From contig CAVYTA010000006.1 in the NCBI GenBank assembly GCA_963771355.1, positions 1,536,001 to 1,600,000 of the forward strand: a stretch of DNA of 64,000 nt, given 5' to 3'. Of the stretch, positions 9,866 through 19,693 are shown piece after piece (position 1 is the stretch's first letter; each line of letters starts with the position of its first letter). Below the pieces are notes generated by a model, which saw nothing but the letters and a program-made list of their open reading frames with translations, made no database searches and was not told the DNA's origin. Position numbers and translations under genes: made by a program. The stretch is from an uncultured Candidatus Rokubacteria bacterium (GTDB lineage: Bacteria; Methylomirabilota; Methylomirabilia; Rokubacteriales; CSP1-6).

Positions 9866-10825
9866 GTGATGCACTCTCTGTCCGTCATCGTCGAGTGGGA
9901 CAATGTCCGATACTACGAGGTCGCGCGAGCGACGCGCATGCTCCAGCGCCTCGTGGATCAGCTCGGTGGTCTCGCGGCCGCGCCCGCCGCCCGTCCCCCC
10001 GCGGAGATCTTGGTCCTCTATGACGAGGAGGCCATCGACGCGGCCACCGTGAACCGGGCCCTCGACGGCTTCGTCGGGCGCCTCCCCGCCGGCGTCGAGC
10101 TCCGGGGCGTGGGCACGCGAGGGCTCCGGTACTACCAGCTCAAGAACGAAGGCGCGCGTCGCGGCACGGGGGAGATCATCCTGTTTGCCGACAGCGACGT
10201 GCTGCCCGAGGACGGCTGGCTCGCCGAGCTGCTGATGCCGTTCGAGGACCCTGCCGTGCACGCCGTCATCGCCAACGCGTACATCGACCGCGACAGCCTG
10301 TACAGCAAGACGTTCGCGCTGGCCTGGTACTTTCCCGCCCGCGCAAAGGACGGGCCCCTCGCCGTCACGCGCTCCTCCATGGTCAATTCCATGGCGATCC
10401 GGCGGACCACCTTCGCGCGCTTCCCCTTCCCCGACGACCGGGAGCTCTACATCCAGCAATGCGTGGCATGGGCCCGGAATCTCCGGGCGCACGGGATCGA
10501 GATCCACCGCAACCCCCGCGCGCGCATCGCGCACCCGCCTCCCAGCTTCCTGCGCAGCGCCCTCATCCAGGGACACGACACCATCGTCACGTACCAGCGA
10601 CGAGCGGGCCGCTCGCCGGCGTGGCGGACGACCTACTGGTCGCTCCGGAGCCAGCTCGCCGGCTCGCTCGCCGCCGTCGTTCGCGACCACCGCGAGGTGG
10701 GACTCCCACGCGCGGCCATCCCGCTCGCGCTCGGCATCGCCACGACCTACTACGTTCTCTGGGCGCTGTCCGAGTGGGCGACCCGGTGGCGGCCGGGTAT
10801 CGTCCGCAGGCTCTACGGCATCTGA
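9866..10825 (+). CDS. Glycosyltransferase family 2-like protein
   Basis: LSVIV start; KNEGARRGTGEIILFADSD (DxD); WLAELL; C-terminal hydrophobic segment. Confidence 0.7.
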   Translation: MMHSLSVIVEWDNVRYYEVARATRMLQRLVDQLGGLAAAPAARPPAEILVLYDEEAIDAATVNRALDGFVGRLPAGVELRGVGTRGLRYYQLKNEGARRGTGEIILFADSDVLPEDGWLAELLMPFEDPAVHAVIANAYIDRDSLYSKTFALAWYFPARAKDGPLAVTRSSMVNSMAIRRTTFARFPFPDDRELYIQQCVAWARNLRAHGIEIHRNPRARIAHPPPSFLRSALIQGHDTIVTYQRRAGRSPAWRTTYWSLRSQLAGSLAAVVRDHREVGLPRAAIPLALGIATTYYVLWALSEWATRWRPGIVRRLYGI

Positions 10826-10885
10826 CGCCACCAGGGATCGGCCCCTCCACCGTCCGGCGCCCGGGCAAACCGCCCGCGGCGGGCC

Positions 10886-12712
10886 ATGAATAGATTCTGC
10901 GGCGCGCTCGAGTGGGCGGAGGTGGACGACACCCGCGGGACCCCGTGGGACTCCATGGTCGCCCTGCTCGGGGACGGGGCGCAGGATTGCTCGCCGCGCC
11001 CGGGCCGACGCGTGCGGATGGCGGGGTGGGTGCCCGACGGCAAGCCGATGGGTCCCGCGGCGCTACGCACCGCGCCGGGAATCACCGTGCTATTCGCGGG
11101 CTACCTCCGCGACCTGCCGCCGACCTCCGCGGGCGAGGCCGACTTCGTCCTGAGCCGCTACCGCGCGGGCGACTGGACGTGGCTCGGCGACGCCAACGGC
11201 ATCTTCGCCTTCGCCATCGTCGACGCCGAGCGGAATCGCTGCGTCCTCGGCGTCGATCGGCTCGGCATCCGGCCCCTCCTCTACACGCAGACTCCCCGCG
11301 GCCTCGCGTTCTCGAGCGACCTGGCGGTGCTCACGCGCTGGCACGACCGCTTTCCGGGCGTCGACTACGACGCTGTCCAGGAGCTGGTCACGGTGGGCTT
11401 CCCGCTCGGGGACCGGACCCTCGTCCGGGAGGTGGAGCATGTGCCGCCGGGCGCCTGGGTGGAGTTTGGCCCCACCGGCTCGCGGGTGACGCGGTACTGG
11501 TCCGTCGAGTCCCTGCCCGCGCCGCGTCCTCAGTCCACCGAGACCTTCCTCGATGAGGGCCGGGAGCGGCTCCGGCACGCGCTCGGACGGCTCCTGGAGC
11601 GATGTGCGGGCGGAACGCTGTGTCTGCTGAGCTCCGGGTACGACTCTCGGCGCATCCTCCTGGAAGCGCACGCGCTCGGGACCCGCATGGACACGATCAC
11701 CGCGATCGTGCCTTACCCGTGGCGGAAGGGGACCACCATCGAGCCCGCGGTGGTGGGAGAGCTGAGCCGGCGTCTCGGCATCACGAATCGGATGGTCAGC
11801 CTCCCCGGAGCGGGCGCACGGAACATGCTGTGGCGCGACCGGGACGCGCGCGACGTCCTGCTCGACGGCCAGGTCGCCGGCCGTGACCACATCTGGTCCA
11901 TCCCGCTGGTCCGCTCCATTCCGGCGTCGAGCGGGATCAGGAACTTCGACGGGATGGCGGGTGACACGCTCTTCAACAATCCCTACTACTTCGTGTCGCC
12001 TTCGGTCTGGGGCCGGTGGCGTCCCGAGCGCGAGCTGCTGGACGCCATCGCCCCGGACGCGGAGCTCGCCGATCGGATGTGGGGCGGGCTCGTCTCGCGC
12101 TCCCTGGTCTCGCGGCTGACCGGGGCGCTGAACGCGCTCCCCGAGGGCCCGTACCGGCTCTCGTGGTTTTATCTGCTCGGGCGGACCCGCCGTATCGTGG
12201 GCCTGCTCACCTACGGCCTCTTCGGGCTCCGCGTCGAGTCGTTCTGCCCCTATCTCGACAACGACGTGCTCGACCACGCCCATACGATGGATCCGATGCT
12301 CAAGGGAGAGCTGCGGATGCAGAAGCTGGCGCTCCAGCGCCACTTCCCCACGATGGCCGACATCCCCTCCTCGCACTCCGCTCCCGCCGAGGTCCCCGCC
12401 GCGTACTGGCAGACCGCGGACTTCGCGGACACGGATGCCAGCTGGCGCCTCACCGCCCCCGAGTTCTGGCGTCTCGCGCGCACGCGGTCGCCCGGTGGGC
12501 GCCTTCCCCGGATCACCGCCGACGACCTCGCCTTCGCGGGAGTGAGCGCGTTGGGGCTCGGCTTCCTCGGCGGGCGCTGGCGAGAGCCGCGGGTCCGGCA
12601 CCTCGTCCACGCGCTGAGCGCGATCCGAACGGTGAGCGCGACGACGGAGGATCTGCGCGCGCGCCGGGCGCGTGCCCGGAAGTGGCTCGACCGGGCGCGG
12701 TCCGCCGGCTGA
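10886..12712 (+). CDS. Asparagine synthetase B-like amidotransferase/adenylation enzyme (divergent)
   Basis: NGIFAFAIVD, DRLGIRPLLY, FSSDL, PP-loop LSSGYDS, DGMAGD, CPYLD. No N-terminal Cys1. Confidence 0.8.
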   Translation: MNRFCGALEWAEVDDTRGTPWDSMVALLGDGAQDCSPRPGRRVRMAGWVPDGKPMGPAALRTAPGITVLFAGYLRDLPPTSAGEADFVLSRYRAGDWTWLGDANGIFAFAIVDAERNRCVLGVDRLGIRPLLYTQTPRGLAFSSDLAVLTRWHDRFPGVDYDAVQELVTVGFPLGDRTLVREVEHVPPGAWVEFGPTGSRVTRYWSVESLPAPRPQSTETFLDEGRERLRHALGRLLERCAGGTLCLLSSGYDSRRILLEAHALGTRMDTITAIVPYPWRKGTTIEPAVVGELSRRLGITNRMVSLPGAGARNMLWRDRDARDVLLDGQVAGRDHIWSIPLVRSIPASSGIRNFDGMAGDTLFNNPYYFVSPSVWGRWRPERELLDAIAPDAELADRMWGGLVSRSLVSRLTGALNALPEGPYRLSWFYLLGRTRRIVGLLTYGLFGLRVESFCPYLDNDVLDHAHTMDPMLKGELRMQKLALQRHFPTMADIPSSHSAPAEVPAAYWQTADFADTDASWRLTAPEFWRLARTRSPGGRLPRITADDLAFAGVSALGLGFLGGRWREPRVRHLVHALSAIRTVSATTEDLRARRARARKWLDRARSAG

Positions 12713-12717
12713 GCCCC

Positions 12718-15700
12718 TCAGGCCTCGACGCGCGCCAGCTCGGCCTCCGCGCGCGCCAACCAGAGCGTCATGCCCATCGCGCGGAGCAGCGACGCGGCCG
12801 CCGCCAGCTCGGTGCGGGCGTCGGAATCCCGTCCGAGGCGCCTGGAGAGAATCCCGCGGCCCAGGCGACATTGCGCGACAAGGGGCCGCATCCCGAACCG
12901 CTCCGCCAGGTCGATGGCCTCGCCATAGAAGGCCTCGGCGCGCTTGGCGTCGGCCCCCTCGCCCTGCGCCAAGACCTCTCCGCACGCGCGGAGGGCATGC
13001 GCCTCGTTGCCCCGTGTCCCGTGCTCGCGCGATAGCTCCAGCGCCTTCGTCGCGTGCTTGAGCGCCCGGTCCCGATCGCCGGCGAGGACCAAGGCCTCGC
13101 TCAGCCAGGCCGACCAGAGGGATTGCCTCGCGGTGATCCGGCGGGCCGCGCCCTCCTGCACCCCCTGCTCGAGCAAGGCGATCCCCTCTTCGTGCCGGCC
13201 GGCCAGCGCGTACGCGAATCCCAGGCTCGACTCGAGTCCGGCCAGCACGGCTCTGACGTCGCCGGCCCGGCTCAGCTCGAGCCCCTTCTCGAGCACGGGA
13301 ATGGCCTGGCCGAGGTCTCCCTTTCGCAGATGGAGGACGCCGAGCCCGATCAGCGCCTGGCCCAGGCTGAACGGGTGCTCGGCCGCCTCGGCGAACCTCA
13401 CCCCCTCTTCCGCATAGGCGAGCGCCTCCGCGAACTCGCCGCGCTCGGTGAGACAGCCGGCCAGGTAGGCTCGGGACGTGACGAACGGCATGCCCGCCCA
13501 CCCGAAGCGTTCCCGGGCGCGCTCCGCGGGCAGCGAGGCGATGGTCTTCCGCAGGCACTCGATCGCCTGCGGATAGTCCCCCACCCCGTAGTAAGCGAGC
13601 CCGAGATTGACGTTGGTCATCTGCAGGGAAAAGTCCCCGACGGCGTCGGCAATCTCGAGGGCGCGATGCCCGGACGCGATGGCGCCCGCCTGGTCGCCGA
13701 TCCGCCAGAAGTAGTGGCACATGTAGGCGGCGACCCAGCCGAGCCGCCGCTGGTCCTGGAGACGCTCGGCCAGGACCTGGGCCTGCTGGAGATTATCGAA
13801 GATGCGTCCCAGCTCACCGACGGCGAAGAACGCGTTCCGGAGGTCGAAGCGGAGATCGACCGCCTGCTCCAGCGTCTCGCGGCTCTCGGGCAAACGCTCG
13901 AGGGCGCCCAGCGCGTGCTCGAAATAGGTGATGGCGTCCCGGTTGGCCGAGCGCGCCATCGCCTTGGCGCCGGCCGTGCGGAGGTAGACCACCGCCTTGT
14001 CCCACACCTCGCCCCGCAGGGCATGGCTGGACACTCGCTCCGCCTGCTCCGCCAGCCGGTCGGGGTAGAGCCGCTCGATGGCGGCCACGATGCGCGCGTG
14101 CAGCGCGCGCCGCCGCTCGTGGAGCAGGCTTCCATAGGCCACGTCGTGGGTGAAGGCGTGCTTGAACGTGTACTCGATCTCCGGGAAGATCGCGGCCTCG
14201 TAGAGGAACTCCGCCGCCTGGACGCGGCTGAGGCCCTGGCGAAGGGCGTCCTCGGACAGCTCGGCGATGGCCTGGAGCAGCGGGAACGGAACGTCCTTGC
14301 CGATGACGGCGGCGGTCTGGAGGAGGCTCTTGTCCTCGAGCGAGAGCCGGTCGATCCGGGCCGCGAGCATGGCCTGGACGGTGGGCGGCACCTGGATGGC
14401 GTGCAGCGGCTGCGCCAGGTGGTAGCGGCCGCGCTCGCCCCCGAGCACGTGCGTCTCGACGAGGGTGCGCACGCTCTCCTCGAGGAAGAACGGGTTGCCG
14501 GCGGCGAGCTCGATGAGGAGATGCTTGGCGGGTCCGAGCGTGGGATCGTTGCCGAGCAGCGCTTCCAGCAGGGCGTCGGCGCTGCCGGCGGGCAGCTGAT
14601 CGATCCGGAGCTGGGTGTAGTAGCTCTTGTTCAGCCACCCATGCTGATACGCGGGCCGGTAGTTCACGAGCAGCAGCAAGCGCGCCCCGGGAATCCCCTC
14701 CACGAGGCTGTCGAGCAGGGCCTGGGTCTCGGCGTCGATCCAGTGCAGATCCTCGAAGAGGACCAGCAGGGGCTGGATCCGGCTCTCTCGGAGGAGGAGG
14801 TGGCGGACCGCGTCCAGGGTACGCTGACGGCGCTGCGGAGGATCGAGCGCCTCCCACCGGGGGTCGTCGACGGGCGCGCCCAGGATGGACAGCAGGGCCG
14901 GCAGGGTCGGCGCCAGCGTGTCCGCCAGCGACAGGAGCTTGCCGGTGACCTTCTCGCCGATCTTCCGCGGATCGTCCTGGTCCTCGATCTGGAAGTACGC
15001 CTTGAGGAGGTCGATGAGCGGTAGGTACGCGGTGGCCTTCGCGTACGAAACCGAGCGGCTCTCGAGGATCAGCCAGCCGCGGCAGCGATCGGAGCGGATG
15101 AACTCCCAGAGGAGCCGCGACTTCCCCACCCCCGCCTCGCCCACCAGTGCCACCACCTGGCCGTGGCCGGACCGGGCCAGCTCGAGCGCGTGGTGAAGCT
15201 GCTCGATCTCGCTGTCACGGCCGACGAAGCGGGTGAGGCCGCGGGCGTTGGACACTTGCAGGCGCGAGCGCGTCGGCCGCGTCCCCACCAGCTCGAACAT
15301 GGCCACGGGGTCGTGCAGGCCCTTGACCTGGACCGGACCCAGGGGCACCACCTCCACGTATCCCTCGACGAGCCGGAGGGTCTCTGCGGTGAGGGCGATG
15401 GTCCCGGGCCGCGCCATCTGCTCCATGCGGGCGGCGAGGTGGGTCGTCTGGCCGACCGCGGAGTAGTCGAGGTGCAGGTTCGTATCGATGGCGCGCACCA
15501 CCACCTCGCCCGAGTTCAGCCCGACCCGGATCCGCACCCCATCGTCGCCGCCGCGGCGAACCGCCGTCTGCATGGCGAGCGCGGCGTAGCAGGCGCGCAG
15601 GGCGTGGTCCTCGTGGGCGAGGGGCGCGCCGAAGAGGGCCATGATCCCGTCCCCCAGGACCTGGTTCACCGTTCCCTCGAAGCGGTGGACCGCCTCCATC

Positions 15701-16062
15701 ATCCGCTCGAGGATCGGATCGATGAGCCGGCGCGCCTCCTCGGGATCGCGGACGGCAAGGAGCTCCATCGACCCGCTCACGTCCGCGAACAGCACCGTGA
15801 CCTGCTTGCGCTCACCCTCCAGCGCGCCCCGCGAGGTGAGGATTTTCTCGACGAGGTGCCGCGGCGTATAGGTGTCGGGCGAGCTGAACCGCGACGGCCG
15901 CGCCGGGGCCACCGGCAACGACTTTCCGCACATGTCGCAGAAGCTATTGCCGGGAACGACGGTGGCGCCGCAGGCGGGACAGTGGTCCGCGAGGCGCGTC
16001 CCGCACTGTCGGCAGAACTGGGCGCCCGGGCGATTGTCCGCCCGGCACTGCTGGCACTGCAT
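12718..16062 (-). CDS. Double zinc ribbon - class III adenylate/guanylate cyclase - AAA/STAND ATPase - TPR protein
   Basis: Four CxxC; ERKQVTVLFADVSGS and GDGIMALFG; Walker A GEAGVGKS; Walker B LLVLFEDLHW; GNPFFLEE; helical repeats at the C-terminus. Confidence 0.9.
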   Translation of the reverse strand: MQCQQCRADNRPGAQFCRQCGTRLADHCPACGATVVPGNSFCDMCGKSLPVAPARPSRFSSPDTYTPRHLVEKILTSRGALEGERKQVTVLFADVSGSMELLAVRDPEEARRLIDPILERMMEAVHRFEGTVNQVLGDGIMALFGAPLAHEDHALRACYAALAMQTAVRRGGDDGVRIRVGLNSGEVVVRAIDTNLHLDYSAVGQTTHLAARMEQMARPGTIALTAETLRLVEGYVEVVPLGPVQVKGLHDPVAMFELVGTRPTRSRLQVSNARGLTRFVGRDSEIEQLHHALELARSGHGQVVALVGEAGVGKSRLLWEFIRSDRCRGWLILESRSVSYAKATAYLPLIDLLKAYFQIEDQDDPRKIGEKVTGKLLSLADTLAPTLPALLSILGAPVDDPRWEALDPPQRRQRTLDAVRHLLLRESRIQPLLVLFEDLHWIDAETQALLDSLVEGIPGARLLLLVNYRPAYQHGWLNKSYYTQLRIDQLPAGSADALLEALLGNDPTLGPAKHLLIELAAGNPFFLEESVRTLVETHVLGGERGRYHLAQPLHAIQVPPTVQAMLAARIDRLSLEDKSLLQTAAVIGKDVPFPLLQAIAELSEDALRQGLSRVQAAEFLYEAAIFPEIEYTFKHAFTHDVAYGSLLHERRRALHARIVAAIERLYPDRLAEQAERVSSHALRGEVWDKAVVYLRTAGAKAMARSANRDAITYFEHALGALERLPESRETLEQAVDLRFDLRNAFFAVGELGRIFDNLQQAQVLAERLQDQRRLGWVAAYMCHYFWRIGDQAGAIASGHRALEIADAVGDFSLQMTNVNLGLAYYGVGDYPQAIECLRKTIASLPAERARERFGWAGMPFVTSRAYLAGCLTERGEFAEALAYAEEGVRFAEAAEHPFSLGQALIGLGVLHLRKGDLGQAIPVLEKGLELSRAGDVRAVLAGLESSLGFAYALAGRHEEGIALLEQGVQEGAARRITARQSLWSAWLSEALVLAGDRDRALKHATKALELSREHGTRGNEAHALRACGEVLAQGEGADAKRAEAFYGEAIDLAERFGMRPLVAQCRLGRGILSRRLGRDSDARTELAAAASLLRAMGMTLWLARAEAELARVEA

Positions 16063-16155
16063 CACGGAGCCTCCACCGCGGGGATCGCCGACGCGTGGTC
16101 AGAGAGTAGCCAGCCCGTCATCCGCGGTCAAGCGGATGCGGCTGCCCACCGGGCC

Positions 16156-16761
16156 TCAGAGCCGCGAGGCCACCGCGGCGCGAACTCGGTCGGCCAGCTC
16201 GCGCGCGGCGTGGCGAAGGTCACCGCCGTCGCCGGACGGGGTGATCACGGGATGAAACACGATGGTGAGGCGTCCGGGACGCGGCAGGAGGCGGCCGGGA
16301 GGCCAGGATTCGTGACCACCGACAATGGTGACCGGCAAGATGGGCACGCGGCGAGCGCAGGCCAGCCGGAAGGCCCCCAGCTTGAAGCGCTGGAGCGTCC
16401 CGTCGGGACTTCGCGCGGCTTCCGGGAATATCATCACCACATGCCCATCGTCCAGCAGCCTCACCGCCGCGCGCGTGGCGCGGGGATCGGAGGCTTCGAT
16501 GTCCACGGGAAACGCGCGCAGCCGGCGGATGAGCCAGGCGAGCCCCGGGATGTCGAAGAGACGGTCCCAGGCCATGTAATGGATGGGCCGCCGGAAGGGA
16601 ATGCTCACCAGCGGAGGGTCGGCGAACGTCACGTGATTGGGCGTGATGAGGAGCGGGCCCTCCGGCGGGATATGCTCGGTCCCCTCGAAGCGGATCCGGA
16701 AGAACAGCCGCGCGCTGGCCCACACCGCCGGGCGAAACACGTCAAGGACAGGCGTCCGCAC
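16156..16761 (-). CDS. plsC: 1-acyl-sn-glycerol-3-phosphate acyltransferase (PlsC family)
   Basis: NHVTFAD (HX4D), FPVD, IFPEAARS, FKLGAF, VPILPVTI. GTG start at 16761. Confidence 0.85.
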   Translation of the reverse strand: MRTPVLDVFRPAVWASARLFFRIRFEGTEHIPPEGPLLITPNHVTFADPPLVSIPFRRPIHYMAWDRLFDIPGLAWLIRRLRAFPVDIEASDPRATRAAVRLLDDGHVVMIFPEAARSPDGTLQRFKLGAFRLACARRVPILPVTIVGGHESWPPGRLLPRPGRLTIVFHPVITPSGDGGDLRHAARELADRVRAAVASRL

Positions 16762-16796
16762 GTCCCGATAGTGCCACGGAGTCGCGGAACGGGACA

Positions 16797-17537
16797 ATGA
16801 CGGTTCCCGTCCCCCTGGTGATCGCCCACCGGGGCGCCTCGGCGGCGGCGCCGGAGAACACCATCGCCGCCTTCGAGCGCGCGCTCACGGACGGCGCCGA
16901 CGCCATCCAGCTCGACGTCCACCTCTCGCGCGACGACCATCCCGTGGTCATCCACGACCCGACCCTCGAGCGCACCACCAATGGATCGGGGCCGGTGCGC
17001 GGCCATACGATGCGCGAGCTCAAGCGGCTCGACGCGGGAGCCTGGCGCGGAGCCGCCTTTGCCGGCCAGCGACTGCAGACTCTCCAGGAGGTGCTGGAGC
17101 GCTTCCGCGGACGGACAAAGTTCTGGATCGAGCTGAAAGGAGGCCCGGATCTCTACCCGGACGTCGAAGAGCGCATCGTGGGGCTCCTGGAGGTCTACGA
17201 CGTCATCGACGAGGCGCTGGTGCAAACGTTCGATCCCGCGGCGCTCGCGCGCCTCCGGGCCTTTTCCAGGGAGCTGAGCCTGGGAGCCATGCTGGCCCGG
17301 GCCCCGCTGGACGTGGAGCGGGATGTGCCCCCGGCTGCGAGCGCGGTCTGTCCTTCGGCGGAGATCCTGGGGCCGCCGGAGCGCGAGGCGATTCGCCGCT
17401 CGGGGCGGCAATGCCATGTCTGGACAGTCAACGAGCCGGCCCTGATGGACCGGCTCGTCGATTGGTCGGTGGACGGGATCATCACGGACCGGCCGGATCT
17501 GCTCCGGGCCCGTCTCCAGGCCCGAAGCCCCGGCTGA
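16797..17537 (+). CDS. Glycerophosphodiester phosphodiesterase family protein
   Basis: IAHRGAS, PENT, DVHLSRD, VVIHD, IELK, WTVN, DGIITD. Confidence 0.9.
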   Translation: MTVPVPLVIAHRGASAAAPENTIAAFERALTDGADAIQLDVHLSRDDHPVVIHDPTLERTTNGSGPVRGHTMRELKRLDAGAWRGAAFAGQRLQTLQEVLERFRGRTKFWIELKGGPDLYPDVEERIVGLLEVYDVIDEALVQTFDPAALARLRAFSRELSLGAMLARAPLDVERDVPPAASAVCPSAEILGPPEREAIRRSGRQCHVWTVNEPALMDRLVDWSVDGIITDRPDLLRARLQARSPG

Positions 17538-17547
17538 TCCGCGCTAG

Positions 17548-17955
17548 CTAGTCGTCGTCGCCGTCTTCACCGCGAACGGGGCCCCCCACCGGCTGGAGGC
17601 GCTTCGACCGCTCGAGGCGGTCCTGGCAGCGCACGCACGTGGTGACCTCGGGCATGGCCCGGAGCCGCGCCGGCGCGATGGGCTCCTCGCACTCCTGGCA
17701 GGTTCCATAGTCGCCGCCGCGCAGCCGCTCGAGCGCCTCGGCGAGCTTGTTGGCCCGCTCGACGAGCATGCTCCGGGTGGCGAAGCTCATCTCACGATCC
17801 TCGTTCAGCTGGATCAGATCCACCTCATCGGCCAAGGGGGTGTTGTCCCCGAACACGCCGGGGAACTCCTCGAACACCACCGCTCCGCCCATCCGGCGAA
17901 TCCGGCTGACGGTTGAACTCAGCTCGGTCTCAAGCCGCTTCTTGATCTCGTCCAT
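17548..17955 (-). CDS. DksA/TraR family C4 zinc-finger protein
   Basis: DEVD at the coiled-coil tip; ALERL..GDYGTCQECEEPIAPARLRAMPEVTTCVRCQ. AGGAGG RBS. Confidence 0.9.
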   Translation of the reverse strand: MDEIKKRLETELSSTVSRIRRMGGAVVFEEFPGVFGDNTPLADEVDLIQLNEDREMSFATRSMLVERANKLAEALERLRGGDYGTCQECEEPIAPARLRAMPEVTTCVRCQDRLERSKRLQPVGGPVRGEDGDDD

Positions 17956-18011
17956 CTCTCTATCCTCCTGGGTATCGGGTCTTTACCCGTCCCTGCGTTG
18001 GCCATGGGGAA

Positions 18012-18028
18012 TGCAAGCGGCATGCCCG
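18012..18028 (-). promoter_or_regulatory. Putative sigma54 (-24/-12) promoter of the DksA/TraR gene
   Basis: Minus strand CGGGCATGCCGCTTGCA = GG-N10-GC with TTGCA, about 57 nt upstream of the ATG. Confidence 0.6.
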
Positions 18029-18188
18029 GATTCTCGAAGCTTGGACTCCCCGTAAGGCTTCGATATTCAAGATTACCCCCAGGGCAAAAGGGATTCAGGA
18101 GGGCGAATTTCCTACCTGGATCAGGGAGAAATCCCCCTGAGCTGCCAAACTTTGTGGCCGGAACGACTCCCCGGTCGATCGGTAGCGG

Positions 18189-19685
18189 TCAGGGGCGGCG
18201 AAGTCGCTCCAGGGCCGTGAGGAGTTCCCCTAAGGTGGAGATACCCCGGCGCCCAAGGAGTTCGAGCAGCCGGACAAGCACCTCAGCTGTGGCCAGAGCG
18301 TCGCCCAAAGCCGAATGGCGGGCAAGTATGGTCACACCCAGCCGTTCACTCACCGCCTCGAGTGAGTGCGACACGTCCGAGCCATGGACGAGAATCGAGA
18401 TCAGCCGAGTATCGAGCACGGTGCGGTTCCCGGCCAGACGAGGCAGTCCGAGTCGTAGAGCCTCCGCCTCGAGAAACTCCAGGTCGAAAACGATCTCGTG
18501 GCCGACCAGCGGCGCCTCCCCGGCGTACCGGAGGAACGCCGGCAGGACCTCCTCCATCGGCGGGGCGGCGGCCACCATCGCGTCGGTGATGCCGTGGAAG
18601 CGCGTGCTGGCAGCCGGGATCGGGCGCCCTGGATGGATCAGCGCGTCGAAAGCTTCGTGCGCCCGCACCGTTCCCCCGCCCACTCTCACGGCCGCCAGCG
18701 AAACCACTCGATGGCCCTCCTGGAGGCGAAGCCCGGTGGTCTCGGTATCGAGCACCACGAACGTGAGGTCGGCGAGCCGTCGGGCGCGGCCGGCGGCGCC
18801 GGCTTCCCGCGCGACGGTATCGAAGTAAGAGAAGTCATACAGTAGCGGGCGGGGAGGTCCGGGCTCGCTGGCTCCGACCCCCGAGGTCAGTCCCGCCGCC
18901 GGCCGCCGGGGCGCGTCCACGCCCGGCACGGTTGCGGGCGCTCCCTCTGCGGAGCGCGCGGGATCGCGAATGGCAAGGATCAGCCCGATCACGTGCGCAT
19001 CGGCATTCGTGAGCGGCGTGACCCCCGCCTCGAGCAGTCCTTTCCCGCGCCGCTCCAGCCCGACCCGGCCGGACACGGGCTCGCCGCGCTTCACCCGCTC
19101 GAGCAGACCGGCCACGGGCTCGGGCTCGACGAGGTCGAGGAGCGAGCGGCCCAGCAAGGGCGCGCTCCCGACGAGTAGCTCGCTGGCCACGCGATTGGCC
19201 AGGGTGATCCGCCCATCGCCCGTCACCGCCACCACGCCCTCGTCCAGGTCGGCGAGTATGGCGGCGAGTCGGGCCCGCTCCTCCGCGAAGGCGCGCGTCG
19301 CCCGGAGCCCCTCGAGGTCCAGTGCACGCCGCGCTGCGGTCAACCGGTCGCCGAGGCGGTTGACCTCCTCCGCGAGGGCTTCCAGCTCATCCCCGGTCTG
19401 GAGCGCGATGCGGTGGTCCGGATTCACGGTGGCGATGAGCTCGGCTCCCCGCCGAATAGCGTGGAGATGACCTACGAGCGCACGGCCGAGCCCATGGGCG
19501 ACGAGAGCCAGGTAGCCCATTAGCGTCAATCCACCGATCGCGAGCGTGAGGGCCAGCGTAACAGGGTCCGCGAGCACCCCACGCCGGTAGAGAAGGTACA
19601 GCGCGGCGGCCGCGACCACGGTGGGCAGGGCGAAAAGCGCGAGGACGCCCGCGAGCAGCCGCCTTTCGAGGCTTCGACGTGCCAT
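18189..19685 (-). CDS. Membrane-anchored HAMP-PAS-DEDDh (DnaQ-like) 3'-5' exonuclease
   Basis: Two N-terminal TM helices; HAMP-like GDELEALAEEVNRL; PAS-like LDEGVVAVTGDGRITLAN; ExoI DTETTG, ExoII GHEIVFD, ExoIII HSALGDA. Confidence 0.85.
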   Translation of the reverse strand: MARRSLERRLLAGVLALFALPTVVAAAALYLLYRRGVLADPVTLALTLAIGGLTLMGYLALVAHGLGRALVGHLHAIRRGAELIATVNPDHRIALQTGDELEALAEEVNRLGDRLTAARRALDLEGLRATRAFAEERARLAAILADLDEGVVAVTGDGRITLANRVASELLVGSAPLLGRSLLDLVEPEPVAGLLERVKRGEPVSGRVGLERRGKGLLEAGVTPLTNADAHVIGLILAIRDPARSAEGAPATVPGVDAPRRPAAGLTSGVGASEPGPPRPLLYDFSYFDTVAREAGAAGRARRLADLTFVVLDTETTGLRLQEGHRVVSLAAVRVGGGTVRAHEAFDALIHPGRPIPAASTRFHGITDAMVAAAPPMEEVLPAFLRYAGEAPLVGHEIVFDLEFLEAEALRLGLPRLAGNRTVLDTRLISILVHGSDVSHSLEAVSERLGVTILARHSALGDALATAEVLVRLLELLGRRGISTLGELLTALERLRRP

Positions 19686-19693
19686 GGGACGAT

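Noticed and set aside
10886..12712. Lasso peptide cyclase / RiPP cluster
   Set aside because: No precursor, B1 (RRE) or B2 protease gene is visible nearby; the neighbour is a glycosyltransferase.
18189..18800. DNA polymerase III epsilon (dnaQ) call
   Set aside because: The domain is fused to TM-HAMP-PAS and sits in a transporter operon, so a replicative role is unsupported.
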